DNA of 64,000 nt from an uncultured delta proteobacterium (GTDB taxonomy: Bacteria; Myxococcota; Myxococcia; Myxococcales; Myxococcaceae), in NCBI GenBank assembly GCA_963771175.1, contig CAVYSY010000026.1, positions 416,001-480,000 of the forward strand, read 5' to 3'. A model generated the notes under the pieces. That model saw only the letters and a program-made list of their open reading frames with translations, ran no database searches and was not told the DNA's origin. Made by a program: the position numbers and the translations under genes. Positions 10,283 to 19,361 of the stretch are shown here, in pieces; the stretch's first letter is position 1, and every line of letters begins with the position of its first letter.

Positions 10283-11423
10283 AGAGGAGCGGCTGGAGCG
10301 CTGGCGGCTCGTCCTGGGCGAGCCCGCGCAGGGAACGCTGGGAGCGGCCCTCGGGGAGACCGAGCTGCGCATGGACCGGGCCCTCGCGGCGCTGTACGAC
10401 TCCGAGCGCAAGGCGGGCCTGGGAGGCTCCTCGCCGCACGTGGCGCGCTGGCTGGGCGACATCCGCGAGTACTTCCCCTCCTCCGTCGTGCGCGTCATGC
10501 AGGAGGATGCGATGACGCGGCTCGGGCTCACGGAGATGCTGCTGCAGCCGGAGATGCTCGAGGCGGTGGAGCCGGACGTGCAGCTGGTGGCGACGCTGCT
10601 CTCGCTGCGCAAGGTCATCCCCCAGAAGACGAAGGAGACGGCGCGCAAGGTGGTGCGCAAGGTGGTCGAGGACCTGGAGCGGCGCCTGCGAGCCCCAACG
10701 GAGCAGGCCGTGCGTGGCGCGCTGTCGAGGTCCTCGCGCACGCGCCGGCCGAGGGCCGCGGAGATCGACTGGGACCGGACGATGCGGGCCAACCTGCGCA
10801 ACTACCAGCCGGAGCGGAAGTCCGTGGTGGTGGAGAAGCTGGTGGGCCACGGGCGCAGGCGCTCCAGCCTGCGGGACATCGTGCTGTGCATCGACCAGAG
10901 CGGCTCCATGGCCGCCTCGGTCGTCTATTCGAGCATCTTCGGTGCGGTGCTCGCCTCGCTGCGCGCGGTGACCACGCGCATGGTGGTCTTCGACACCGCG
11001 GTGGTGGACCTGACCGAGGAGCTGCTCGGATCCGGTGGACCTGCTGTTCGGCACCCAGCTCGGCGGCGGCACGGACATCAACCGGGCGCTCGCGTACTGC
11101 CAGCAGATCGTCACCCGGCCGGCGCAGACGATCCTCGTGCTCATCACGGACCTGTACGAGGGAGGCAACGCGCAGCGGATGCTCCAGCGGGCGCGCGGAG
11201 CTGGTGCGCAGTGGCGTGGTGGTCATCTGCCTGCTGTCGCTGAGCGACCAGGGGACTCCGGCCTACGACAGCCACCACGCCGCGCAACTGGCGGCCCTGG
11301 GCATCCCCACCTTCGCCTGCACGCCGGACCAGTTCCCGGAGCTGATGGCGGCGGCCATCCAGCGACAGGACATCGGCACCTGGGCCTCGCGCCAGCGACA
11401 TCCAGCTCGCGCGCTCGGGGTGA
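10266..11423 (+). CDS. VWA-domain protein (YehP/CoxE-like); frameshifts near the 3' end
   Basis: RLERWRLVLG, IDWDRTMRANL, MIDAS motif CIDQSGSM, VFDTAVVDLT, GGGTDINRAL, ITDLYEGG; TTG start at 10266. Confidence 0.85.
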
Positions 11424-11427
11424 GGGC

Positions 11428-12255
11428 TCAGACGAGGTGGGCCACCTCCACGTCGAAGCGCTTCACCTTGCGCGCCGCGAGGAACTGGTACAGCCGCTGG
11501 GAGATGAGCAGCAGGGGAAGAGGACGGTAGGCACCCAGGCGCGGGCCCACTGCCTGGCGCGTGCACAGCCAGTCCGCCTCGCCCACGCTGGACCGCTGGA
11601 CGTAGAGCTCGGAGAGGACGTCAAATCCGACCACGTGCCCCTCCGGGCAACGGGCCGCGTCCGGCTCCGGCACGAAGAAGTCGGCTCCCACCCGAGTCTG
11701 GGGCGCCAGCTCCACCTGGCACTCGGGCAGCAGCAACTGATACCAGTCTGGAGTCGGCTTGCCCTGTCGGCTCACCACGGGACCCAGCTCGTAGCCACGG
11801 ATGCCCGCGGCCTTCAGTGCCTCGGCCAACCGCGCCGACACCACGAGTTCTCCACCCAGGGTCCGGGCGATGTCCCTCTTGGGTATCCGCTTCAACTCCA
11901 GGTGCAGCGGGCCGACTTGCCTGGCGCCGAAACCACACTTCGGACAGGCTTTCGTTTCGTCGTACACCGTGCCGCAGTCCTCTCCCGTTGGCTCGAAGAA
12001 GGGGCGCACGCGAAGCCACAAAAACCTGGCCTCCTGCAGCTCCCTCTGCGTGTACTTCCTGTGGATCTCCCAGTAGGTCACCGCGATCGAGTCCTGCCTG
12101 CGTTTTTCCTGCTCATGCTGGCGTATCTGCTCGACGAGTGGGTCGTCCAATCCAAGCAACACCCGTCGTGACAAGCCTCTCTCCCGTCCCACGGTAGGAG
12201 GGAGAAACTGTCTCGCCTCGTCCGCGAACAGCCGCACCTCGATGATTTCCCGCAT
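11428..12255 (-). CDS. Putative immunity protein (CxxCG-containing, SitI-like)
   Basis: GTVYDETKACPKCG, DIARTLGGELVVSARL, RCPEGH, LLISQRLY; begins 2 nt after the toxin stop. Confidence 0.7.
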   Translation of the reverse strand: MREIIEVRLFADEARQFLPPTVGRERGLSRRVLLGLDDPLVEQIRQHEQEKRRQDSIAVTYWEIHRKYTQRELQEARFLWLRVRPFFEPTGEDCGTVYDETKACPKCGFGARQVGPLHLELKRIPKRDIARTLGGELVVSARLAEALKAAGIRGYELGPVVSRQGKPTPDWYQLLLPECQVELAPQTRVGADFFVPEPDAARCPEGHVVGFDVLSELYVQRSSVGEADWLCTRQAVGPRLGAYRPLPLLLISQRLYQFLAARKVKRFDVEVAHLV

Positions 12256-12257
12256 AC

Positions 12258-13646
12258 TCAAAAATGAACTCCGGGGAGAGGATATCTGGCGTAGACCTTC
12301 TTCATGATTGCCAACACCACGTCGAGCCGTGGCGGTCTGTTTCCATAACCCGCCATGCGCCGGAACTCATTGGTGATGAGTTGGTGATAGGCAGGGTCCA
12401 GGTTGACGGTGGGTCCGTTGTCCGGCCCGCCGAGGTAGCGAGGGTGGATGTGATGATTCTGCGGGGGGCCGCCGGCCAGGTGGGGAAAGGCCTTGCGTGC
12501 CTCCTGCATGCCCTTGTCGTACAGGGCCCGCGCCGCCTTCGCGTCGAGCGGTGGTGGCGCGGACATCAGGACGAGGGCGCCCGCGCCGCTCCCCAGCGCG
12601 GTGCTCACCGTTCCCACCGGCACGGCCACCTCCTCCACGGCCAGCAGGCCCTGGGCGCCAAGCCGCAACACTGGCAGCCGCACCCCAGCGCCGGCCATGC
12701 GCACTCCTGTTCCCGCCGCTCCTCCCGCCAGCATGAGCAGGTGCGTCGACAGCCGAGAGGCCTCCCGGACCTGCTCGCGCAGCGGCCTGTCTCCGTAGCG
12801 GGCAAAGTACTCGGGTGAAGACTCGATGAGGGTGGCCACGGTGGTGGGAAGCCGGCGCAGTCCCTCCACCGTGCCCTCCACATCCATCACGCTGGCGGCC
12901 AGGGCGAGTGCCGTCTCCGCGAAGGCCTCCTCGGCACCGTCCAGAGCGGTGTTGACGAGGTCCTTCTCCAGCCCCAGCTCGTCCAGGGGAATGTCGCTGG
13001 AGAGACGGAGCTCATCGTCCAGCGAGTACAAGACGCCACCGCGAGAGAGGTAGAAGCGACCGACGACGAAGTTTCCCGCGACGAGGGCGCCATCCCGCAA
13101 CGCCACGTCCCCCATGCGTTGGGAAGGCTGGCCGGTGGAGGCGGCGGCGAGATACCCGTCGGGCCGCATGACGACGAGGGCGAGGAATCGTTCGCACAGG
13201 GGGCGCAGCTCGGAGGCGGGCAACTGCCGGCCCTGCGCCAGGGCATGGCGCAGCAGCCATGCGAGGGCGGTGCGTGGAGCGAAGGTGCGAAGTGACAGCG
13301 GCTCCCTGGCGAGCCAGGACCACAGGGCAAGGGCCTGCTGGGGCTGCAGGGGGCGACTCGTGACCAGACGCACGTCCTCGTCCACCTGCGCGGACTTCTG
13401 CAGCAAGGTGCAGGTGTCCTGCTCCCGAGGAATGAGCGGGCGGTAGTCCTCCCACCAGGGCGTGGCGGGAGAGGCAGGTTCCGCCAAAGCGGAGGAGGAC
13501 AGCCGCCACGCACTCGGTGGCTGCGTCCGCGCGTGCCCCATGCGCCAGTGCGGGTCCGTGGCGCAGCCGGCCAGCAGGCCGCAGGCGGCCAGAGCCAGCA
13601 GCAGGGCCGTTGCCAGACCTCGGAAAGAAGGAGGGGAGTGCGTCAT
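12258..13646 (-). CDS. Lipoprotein polymorphic toxin (SitA-like) with HNH-like C-terminal nuclease tip
   Basis: Lipobox LAGC; VVMRPDGYL escort-like region; Gly/Ala-rich linker; tip QNHHIHPRYLGG...LDPAYHQLITNEF. Confidence 0.75.
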   Translation of the reverse strand: MTHSPPSFRGLATALLLALAACGLLAGCATDPHWRMGHARTQPPSAWRLSSSALAEPASPATPWWEDYRPLIPREQDTCTLLQKSAQVDEDVRLVTSRPLQPQQALALWSWLAREPLSLRTFAPRTALAWLLRHALAQGRQLPASELRPLCERFLALVVMRPDGYLAAASTGQPSQRMGDVALRDGALVAGNFVVGRFYLSRGGVLYSLDDELRLSSDIPLDELGLEKDLVNTALDGAEEAFAETALALAASVMDVEGTVEGLRRLPTTVATLIESSPEYFARYGDRPLREQVREASRLSTHLLMLAGGAAGTGVRMAGAGVRLPVLRLGAQGLLAVEEVAVPVGTVSTALGSGAGALVLMSAPPPLDAKAARALYDKGMQEARKAFPHLAGGPPQNHHIHPRYLGGPDNGPTVNLDPAYHQLITNEFRRMAGYGNRPPRLDVVLAIMKKVYARYPLPGVHF

Positions 13647-13741
13647 GCCATGGAGCTGTACTGCGTTGGCCGCCCACACTGGAAGTGGCCTGTATGCGGT
13701 GGATCCGAAAAGGGCTGCTGGATCTGTGCTCTCTTCCGGTC

Positions 13742-14650
13742 ATGCGATCCCAACACTTCAGTCGAACGGCGGTGAAGGTGGCCCGGTTCGTGGCCTGGCT
13801 CGACCGGCAGCCCCGGCTCGCCCCGCTGCTGCCGAAGGGCGCCGCTGCATCCACTGAACGGCTCATGCTCCGGGCGGGGCTGCTGAAGCCCTGGATGCTC
13901 CGGCTCTTCAGCGCACCGTGGTACGGCCGGCTCCTGACCTCCATCGAGAAGCGCACCGTGCCGGGCCAGTCGCTGATGGTTGGGCTGCGCAAGCGCTTCA
14001 TGGACGATGAGACCCGCGCCGCGCTGGCGGGAGGCTCGCGACAGGTGCTGGTCGTCGGAGCGGGACTCGACACGCTGTGCTGGCGGCTGGCCCCCGAGTA
14101 CCCGGACGTCACCTTCGTCGAAGTGGACCACCCGGCCACCCAGGCGGTGAAGCGCGGAGCGCTGGACGCCATGGGGCCCCGGCCTCCGAACCTGCACCTG
14201 CTGGGGGTGGACCTGTCCCGCACTCCCCTGGAGGAGGCCCTCTCGGGACTGCCGGTGTGGCGGAAGGAAGCCTCGAGCGTCGTCATCGCCGAGGCCGTGC
14301 TGATGTACCTGGAAGAAGCCCACGTGTCGGCCTTCCTGATGGCGGTGCACCGATGCACCGGGCCTGGGAGCCGACTGATCTTCACCTACATCCTCAATGA
14401 CTTGAACGGGAAACCCACGACATCAAGGGGCATGCGTTGGGTGATCGATCAATCCTTGCGAGCCGCGGGTGAGCCGCTCCTCTGGAGCGTCCGAGAAGGA
14501 GCGCTGGGCCCTTTCGTGGAGCGGCACGGATTCCGGCTGGACGACTCACCGGAGCGGGTGGACCTGCACCGTCGCTACCTGGTTCCCGCGGGCCTGTCGG
14601 AGCTGTCGGTGCGAAGCATCGAGTTCCCCGCCGTGGCGGAGAAGGTCTGA
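13742..14650 (+). CDS. Class I SAM-dependent methyltransferase (LCM/TIGR00027-like)
   Basis: RKRFMDD, QVLVVGAGLDT, FVEVDHPATQAVKR, IAEAVLMYL. Confidence 0.9.
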   Translation: MRSQHFSRTAVKVARFVAWLDRQPRLAPLLPKGAAASTERLMLRAGLLKPWMLRLFSAPWYGRLLTSIEKRTVPGQSLMVGLRKRFMDDETRAALAGGSRQVLVVGAGLDTLCWRLAPEYPDVTFVEVDHPATQAVKRGALDAMGPRPPNLHLLGVDLSRTPLEEALSGLPVWRKEASSVVIAEAVLMYLEEAHVSAFLMAVHRCTGPGSRLIFTYILNDLNGKPTTSRGMRWVIDQSLRAAGEPLLWSVREGALGPFVERHGFRLDDSPERVDLHRRYLVPAGLSELSVRSIEFPAVAEKV

Positions 14651-14788
14651 GAGTCGAAAGCCTCGCGCCACGTGAGACCCGGTTCCCACGCGGCGTACGG
14701 CAATGGGATTTCCTTCCCCGCGAGGCACTGGGCAGATCGCACGACCGACCCCACCCTCCCGTGACCAATCCGGATAGGGAGGCAGGGG

Positions 14789-16336
14789 ATGGGAAAGTGG
14801 CGTGGGATGGCGCTGGTCTGTGCGCTGGCGCTGGGGTGTGGCGGGGAGCAGCAGGAGGAAGGCATCCAGGAAGACGAACGTCCGCAAGCCAGCTCACCGG
14901 GCGACGAGGAAAGCGGTGAGCTGAGCGCGCTGTGGGGCCGCCCGGAGCTGGGGACCGCGCGGCTCGTCAAGGACCTCTTCCCGCCAGTGCTCGGGCCCGG
15001 GTGGTTCGGGCCCTTCCCGGAAAGTCTGGTGGAGTTCCGCGGGAAGCTCTTCTTCGCCGCCAACTTCGAGGATGGCCGCCGGGAGCTCTGGAAGAGCAAC
15101 GGGACGACGGCGGGCACCGTGCCGATCAAGAGGTTCCCCCCGCTCTCGGAGTCCTCCTTCGGCTCGATGACGGAGCTGACGCCCGTGGGCTCGCGGCTCT
15201 TCTTCGTGGTGACCGACGAGGCTCATGGCCGCGAGCTGTGGGTCAGCAATGGGACGACGGGCGGGACGCGGCTGGTGAAGGACATCGTGCCGGGACCTGA
15301 TGACGCGGAGCCGTTCAACCTCACGGCCGTGGGGAGCACCCTGCTCTTCTTCCGCTTCATCCCCTCGACCCCGACCACTCCCGAGCGCACCGAGCTGTGG
15401 AGGAGTGACGGCACCGAAGCCGGCACGGTGCGGGTGAAGGACCTGGGGCCCGAGTCGTCCCTGAGCACCTCGAAGGCGCTCTTGGGCAACACGCTCTTCT
15501 TCGTGCTCTCGGACCCGGCCCATGGGACCGAGCTGTGGAAGACCGATGGCACCTCGGCCGGCACGGGGCTCGTCAAGGACATCCTCCCGGGCCCTGACAG
15601 CTCGGGCCCGTTCAACCTGCGGGTCGTGCGCCAGAGCCTCTTCTTCACCATCCTGGATCCCGCCACTGGGACCGGGAGCAGGCTGTGGCGGACCGACGGC
15701 ACCGAGGCGGGCACGAGGTTCGTCCTGGACCTGATTCCGGAGCCGGGTGGCGGCTTCCCGCGGATGCTCGATGCGATTGGAAGCTGCCTGTACTTCTCGG
15801 TGACCGACTTCTCCGACCACCTGCTGCGTCTCTACAGGCTGAAGGATGGCCCCAAGGGCGTCAGCGTGAAGCTCGTCGCCACCCTTCCCAATCCCTTCGC
15901 TGGCGAGCCGGACGCGGAGCCGTTCATCACGACCTCCACCGTCGCGGGCAAGAAGCTCTTCTTCGTGCTCGCCATCTCCACCTCGGGCCCGGCGCCGCGC
16001 GACACCCAGCTCTGGGTGACCGATGGAACGGACTCCGGGACGAAGCTGCTGCACCGGCCGTTGAGCCTGTCCGACGAGTTCGGCTCCACCCTCTTCGCCC
16101 TGGACGACCGAGTCCTCTTCAGTGGCGCCGATGAGTCGGGGAACAACCTGGAGCCCTGGGTGAGCGATGGCTCGGTGAAGGGCACGCGGCGGCTGCAGGA
16201 CATCGCCCGAGGAGAGCCCCCGACCCAGGACTCCTCCTTCCCTCGGGACTTCACCCGCGTGGGCTCGCAGGTCTTCTTCGTCGCCAACGACGTGGTCCAC
16301 GGCAACGAACTCTGGGTCCTCCCGCTGCTGCGCTAG
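14789..16336 (+). CDS. ELWxxDGT-repeat (beta-propeller) lipoprotein
   Basis: Lipobox ALGC; repeats ELWKSNGT, ELWVSNGT, ELWRSDGT, ELWKTDGT, RLWRTDGT, QLWVTDGT, EPWVSDGS. Confidence 0.92.
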   Translation: MGKWRGMALVCALALGCGGEQQEEGIQEDERPQASSPGDEESGELSALWGRPELGTARLVKDLFPPVLGPGWFGPFPESLVEFRGKLFFAANFEDGRRELWKSNGTTAGTVPIKRFPPLSESSFGSMTELTPVGSRLFFVVTDEAHGRELWVSNGTTGGTRLVKDIVPGPDDAEPFNLTAVGSTLLFFRFIPSTPTTPERTELWRSDGTEAGTVRVKDLGPESSLSTSKALLGNTLFFVLSDPAHGTELWKTDGTSAGTGLVKDILPGPDSSGPFNLRVVRQSLFFTILDPATGTGSRLWRTDGTEAGTRFVLDLIPEPGGGFPRMLDAIGSCLYFSVTDFSDHLLRLYRLKDGPKGVSVKLVATLPNPFAGEPDAEPFITTSTVAGKKLFFVLAISTSGPAPRDTQLWVTDGTDSGTKLLHRPLSLSDEFGSTLFALDDRVLFSGADESGNNLEPWVSDGSVKGTRRLQDIARGEPPTQDSSFPRDFTRVGSQVFFVANDVVHGNELWVLPLLR

Positions 16337-16374
16337 CGGCGAAGACCCACGCAACAGCCGATGAATCCCTGAAA

Positions 16375-16408
16375 GGAGGCCCGCGAGCCCTTCGCTTCGC
16401 GGGCCTCC
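16375..16408. terminator. Hairpin between convergent genes (probable terminator)
   Basis: GGAGGCCCGCGA ... TCGCGGGCCTCC, a 12-bp stem. Confidence 0.6.
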
Positions 16409-16421
16409 CTGACGGCCGGGC

Positions 16422-16775
16422 CTACCGGGTGAACAGGTTGCGCAGGCAGAGCGCCACGTACACCGCGGAGAGCCCCGCCATGGCGGACTGGGACACGACC
16501 GCCGCGGGCCGTTCGAGCTTCTCACCTCGGAGCAGGGCGGGCAGCCTGACGAGCCCGCGAGCGGCCCCCAGGAAGCCGAGCAACCCAAGGAGCGCCGCGC
16601 CTCCCAGCACCGTCTTCTGGGAGGACCCGCGCCGCTCCAGCAGGCCCAGGCCGAGCGCGGCCGTCCCGAAGCCCGCCGGAATGAGCGCCGTCTTGTGTTG
16701 CGCACCCGTCGCGACGAACCCGCCGACACCGAGCGTCGTCAGCAGGGTCCCATAGCCAAGCGTCCAGTTCTCCAC
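16422..16775 (-). CDS. Small membrane protein, TMEM14-like
   Basis: YGTLLTTLGVGGFVATG...TALIPAGFG; about four hydrophobic segments. Confidence 0.75.
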   Translation of the reverse strand: MENWTLGYGTLLTTLGVGGFVATGAQHKTALIPAGFGTAALGLGLLERRGSSQKTVLGGAALLGLLGFLGAARGLVRLPALLRGEKLERPAAVVSQSAMAGLSAVYVALCLRNLFTR

Positions 16776-16845
16776 GCCGCACCTCCGGATTCGGAATCAC
16801 CCGGGCCCCCAAGGCCCCGGGGAATCTGGGCACGGTGCGGGCCGG

Positions 16846-18729
16846 TCACCAACTCATGCTGGCCTTCGCGGGGGCGGCGGCCGGCTCCGAGGCAACAGAC
16901 TGCTCGAGGTCACGGAAGCCCTCCTTCTTGGCGCGAACGCGGTACTTGCCCTTGTCCACGTTCTTGAACCGGTAGTTCCCCTGCTCCGTCGTCACGGTCG
17001 ACTGCACGACGCGCCCCTGGTCATCCACGAGCTCCATCATCGTGTTCGCCGACTGACCCTGGCCTCCCTTGAGCGAGAGCTGTCCCTCGATCTCACCGTA
17101 CCGCTGGCGCTGGACCGACTCGCTGTCATGGAAGAAGAGCGAACTCTCCGTCTGCAGCACCTGGCCCTTGGCATCCCGGTATGCGAGCCGGGCCAGGTAG
17201 CGCCCGCGCGGCTTCGCCTTGCCATCACTGCCCTTGCCGTCCCAGGCGAACTCGACCGCGCCGATCTCCCCCTTCCTCGACGTGGAGAACACCTTCGACT
17301 TCGGCTTCGCCTCGCTGCCCTCGCCCACCTCCCAGACCTCGAGCTCGATGGCCCCGCCGGCGCTCGGGTCCGCGAGGTTGCGCAGCGTGATGAGCGTCCG
17401 CTGTGACGCCTCGTCGAAGTTCGCCCCCACCTGGGTCATGAAGACGTTCCCGGCGAACACCTCGAACCGGCGCTTGCTCGTCAGTCCCTTCGCGTTGGTC
17501 GCCACGACGTCCAGGGCGTGCTTGCCGTCCTTCAGCCCCGAGGTGCGCCACGCGTACGTGAGCTTTCCGCCGCAGGCCGAGTGCACCGGGAGGTCATCGA
17601 CGAGCAGCTCGAGCCGGGCGATGCCGCCGGACTGGTTGTCCGTGGCCTCCACCTGGATGTTCATCGTGTCGGTGACGTGCTGGCCGTCCACGAGCCCGTT
17701 CACCGCGATGCTCGCGACGTCGACCGTGACGAGCCCGAGCACGGCCCACATCGTCTCGGCCTTCTCCGCGCCGCCCTGCCCGCTCGAATACGTGCGCCAC
17801 GCGCCGGTCTCGTGCTGGCGCTGCACCAGGTAGCGCATGGCGCGGGAGATGGGCGCGTCCGAGTCCGAGTAGCCAGCGAGCTTGAGCGCGTAGACCGTCT
17901 GGCCCGTGGCGAACGCGTCGCTCTTCCCCTTGTCCAGCCCCCAGCCGCCGTCCTGGTTCTGCCGCTCGAGGAGCATCCGCTGGAGCCGGAGCGAGCCAGG
18001 CTCGGCGCGGCCCACGCCCGAGGCACTCAAGCCGAGAAGCGCGAAGTTGATGTCCTGGAGGTAGACGTCGGCGCCCGAGCGCTGCCACTGGGCACTCGTC
18101 GCGGTGAGGAAGGACTCGGCCTTGCGCAGCGGCGGGAGCCACTTCGCGTCCGCGGTCCTCGCGTAGGCCTGACGCCACGTCTGGGCGGCCTGGAAGGTCG
18201 TCTGCATCGTGCCGCCGGTCACCGGGCGGCGCGCGTCGTCATCCGGGAGGCTGCCGTTGGCCGCCTGCAGCGAGACGAGCTGCTTCGCGTACCGCAGCAG
18301 GTCGTCCGTGAACTTCGCGTCCACCCACTGGTCGTACCGCGCCCAGGCCGAGCCCTCGAACGCGGCGCCCGTCACCCGGCCACCGGCGGTGACTCCGAGC
18401 TTGAGGGCCTTGACCATTGCGTCGATGTCCTTCGGAGCGACGTCGTACTGGTGGTGCTTGCCGGCCGTGAGGGCCTCGAGCGTGACCGCCTGGACGTGAC
18501 ACCCGAAGCACCCGTGCTGCGCCGTCCACTGCGCGCTGGAGCGGGAGAGGTAGCCAAGCCCCTTGTGGGCGGCCTCGCGGGCCTTCGGGTCTCCCCGGGA
18601 CGCGGCCACCTGCTGGGGCTGGATGTCGCACTTGGGAGGTGCGGCGGGGGGCTGGGGGACAGGGGGAGTCCCCGCGAGCGCGGGAGCGGACAGCGCGAGG
18701 CAAAGCGCGGCCAGGGTCAGTCGGGCCAT
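16846..18729 (-). CDS. Secreted prenyltransferase/squalene-cyclase-repeat protein with CxxCH, Ig-like, FlgD-Ig-like and carboxypeptidase-regulatory-like domains
   Basis: Signal peptide; CFGCH; QW-like repeats QAANGSL, QNQDGGWG, QHETGAW; FAWDGKGSDG..GRY; TEQGNYRFKNVDKGKYRVRAKKEGF. Confidence 0.8.
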   Translation of the reverse strand: MARLTLAALCLALSAPALAGTPPVPQPPAAPPKCDIQPQQVAASRGDPKAREAAHKGLGYLSRSSAQWTAQHGCFGCHVQAVTLEALTAGKHHQYDVAPKDIDAMVKALKLGVTAGGRVTGAAFEGSAWARYDQWVDAKFTDDLLRYAKQLVSLQAANGSLPDDDARRPVTGGTMQTTFQAAQTWRQAYARTADAKWLPPLRKAESFLTATSAQWQRSGADVYLQDINFALLGLSASGVGRAEPGSLRLQRMLLERQNQDGGWGLDKGKSDAFATGQTVYALKLAGYSDSDAPISRAMRYLVQRQHETGAWRTYSSGQGGAEKAETMWAVLGLVTVDVASIAVNGLVDGQHVTDTMNIQVEATDNQSGGIARLELLVDDLPVHSACGGKLTYAWRTSGLKDGKHALDVVATNAKGLTSKRRFEVFAGNVFMTQVGANFDEASQRTLITLRNLADPSAGGAIELEVWEVGEGSEAKPKSKVFSTSRKGEIGAVEFAWDGKGSDGKAKPRGRYLARLAYRDAKGQVLQTESSLFFHDSESVQRQRYGEIEGQLSLKGGQGQSANTMMELVDDQGRVVQSTVTTEQGNYRFKNVDKGKYRVRAKKEGFRDLEQSVASEPAAAPAKASMSW

Positions 18730-18794
18730 GGAAACCTCCGGAGGGATGCGATGCCGGGGTTAACGGCCGACGGGCGAAATCGGTCTACCAGGTG

Positions 18795-19238
18795 CTACTC
18801 GTGGACCCGGGTGAGCGTGGAGCTCTGGAAGAAGGAGCCCGCGTACAGCTTCCCATGGGCCATGACGGTCGCTGAACCGGACAGATCGAACCGGGCGACC
18901 TCGCCCGAGAGGGAGACCGTTCCTCGCAAGAGGGTCACGGTGACGGTGAAGCCGCCATCGCTCCGGGTGCAGGTCGCTCCAGGCTCCAGGGTGGCCACCT
19001 CCCCCTCGACGTTCGCGGGCAGGAGACACGTCCCCGCCGCGTCGGAGAAGACGAGGTCCGAGCTCGTTCCCTCCGAGGCGCGAACGGTCTCCGCGAGCAG
19101 GGAGGTGAAGTTGCCGAAGTCCTTGATGCTGTAGTGGGCGGAGCCCGTCAGGGCGTAGGCGCCGTGGAACCGCTGGCCCGAGGGGCCACAGCCCCAGGCG
19201 AAGACCGCGAGCAGGATGAACAGGGCGGGGTTTTTCAT
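18795..19238 (-). CDS. Hypothetical beta-rich lipoprotein
   Basis: MKNPALFILLAVFAWGC lipobox; mature region has alternating beta-strand pattern. Confidence 0.75.
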   Translation of the reverse strand: MKNPALFILLAVFAWGCGPSGQRFHGAYALTGSAHYSIKDFGNFTSLLAETVRASEGTSSDLVFSDAAGTCLLPANVEGEVATLEPGATCTRSDGGFTVTVTLLRGTVSLSGEVARFDLSGSATVMAHGKLYAGSFFQSSTLTRVHE

Positions 19239-19361
19239 GATGACTCCGCCCCTGTGCAGGAGCCTTGCCACCGTTGAAGACCGACCCGCCCAGAGAGAGA
19301 CGTCCGCCGAGACAGCCGGCTGCTCGTCCGGAACGTGGGATGGGCATCCCACCCGAGGAAC

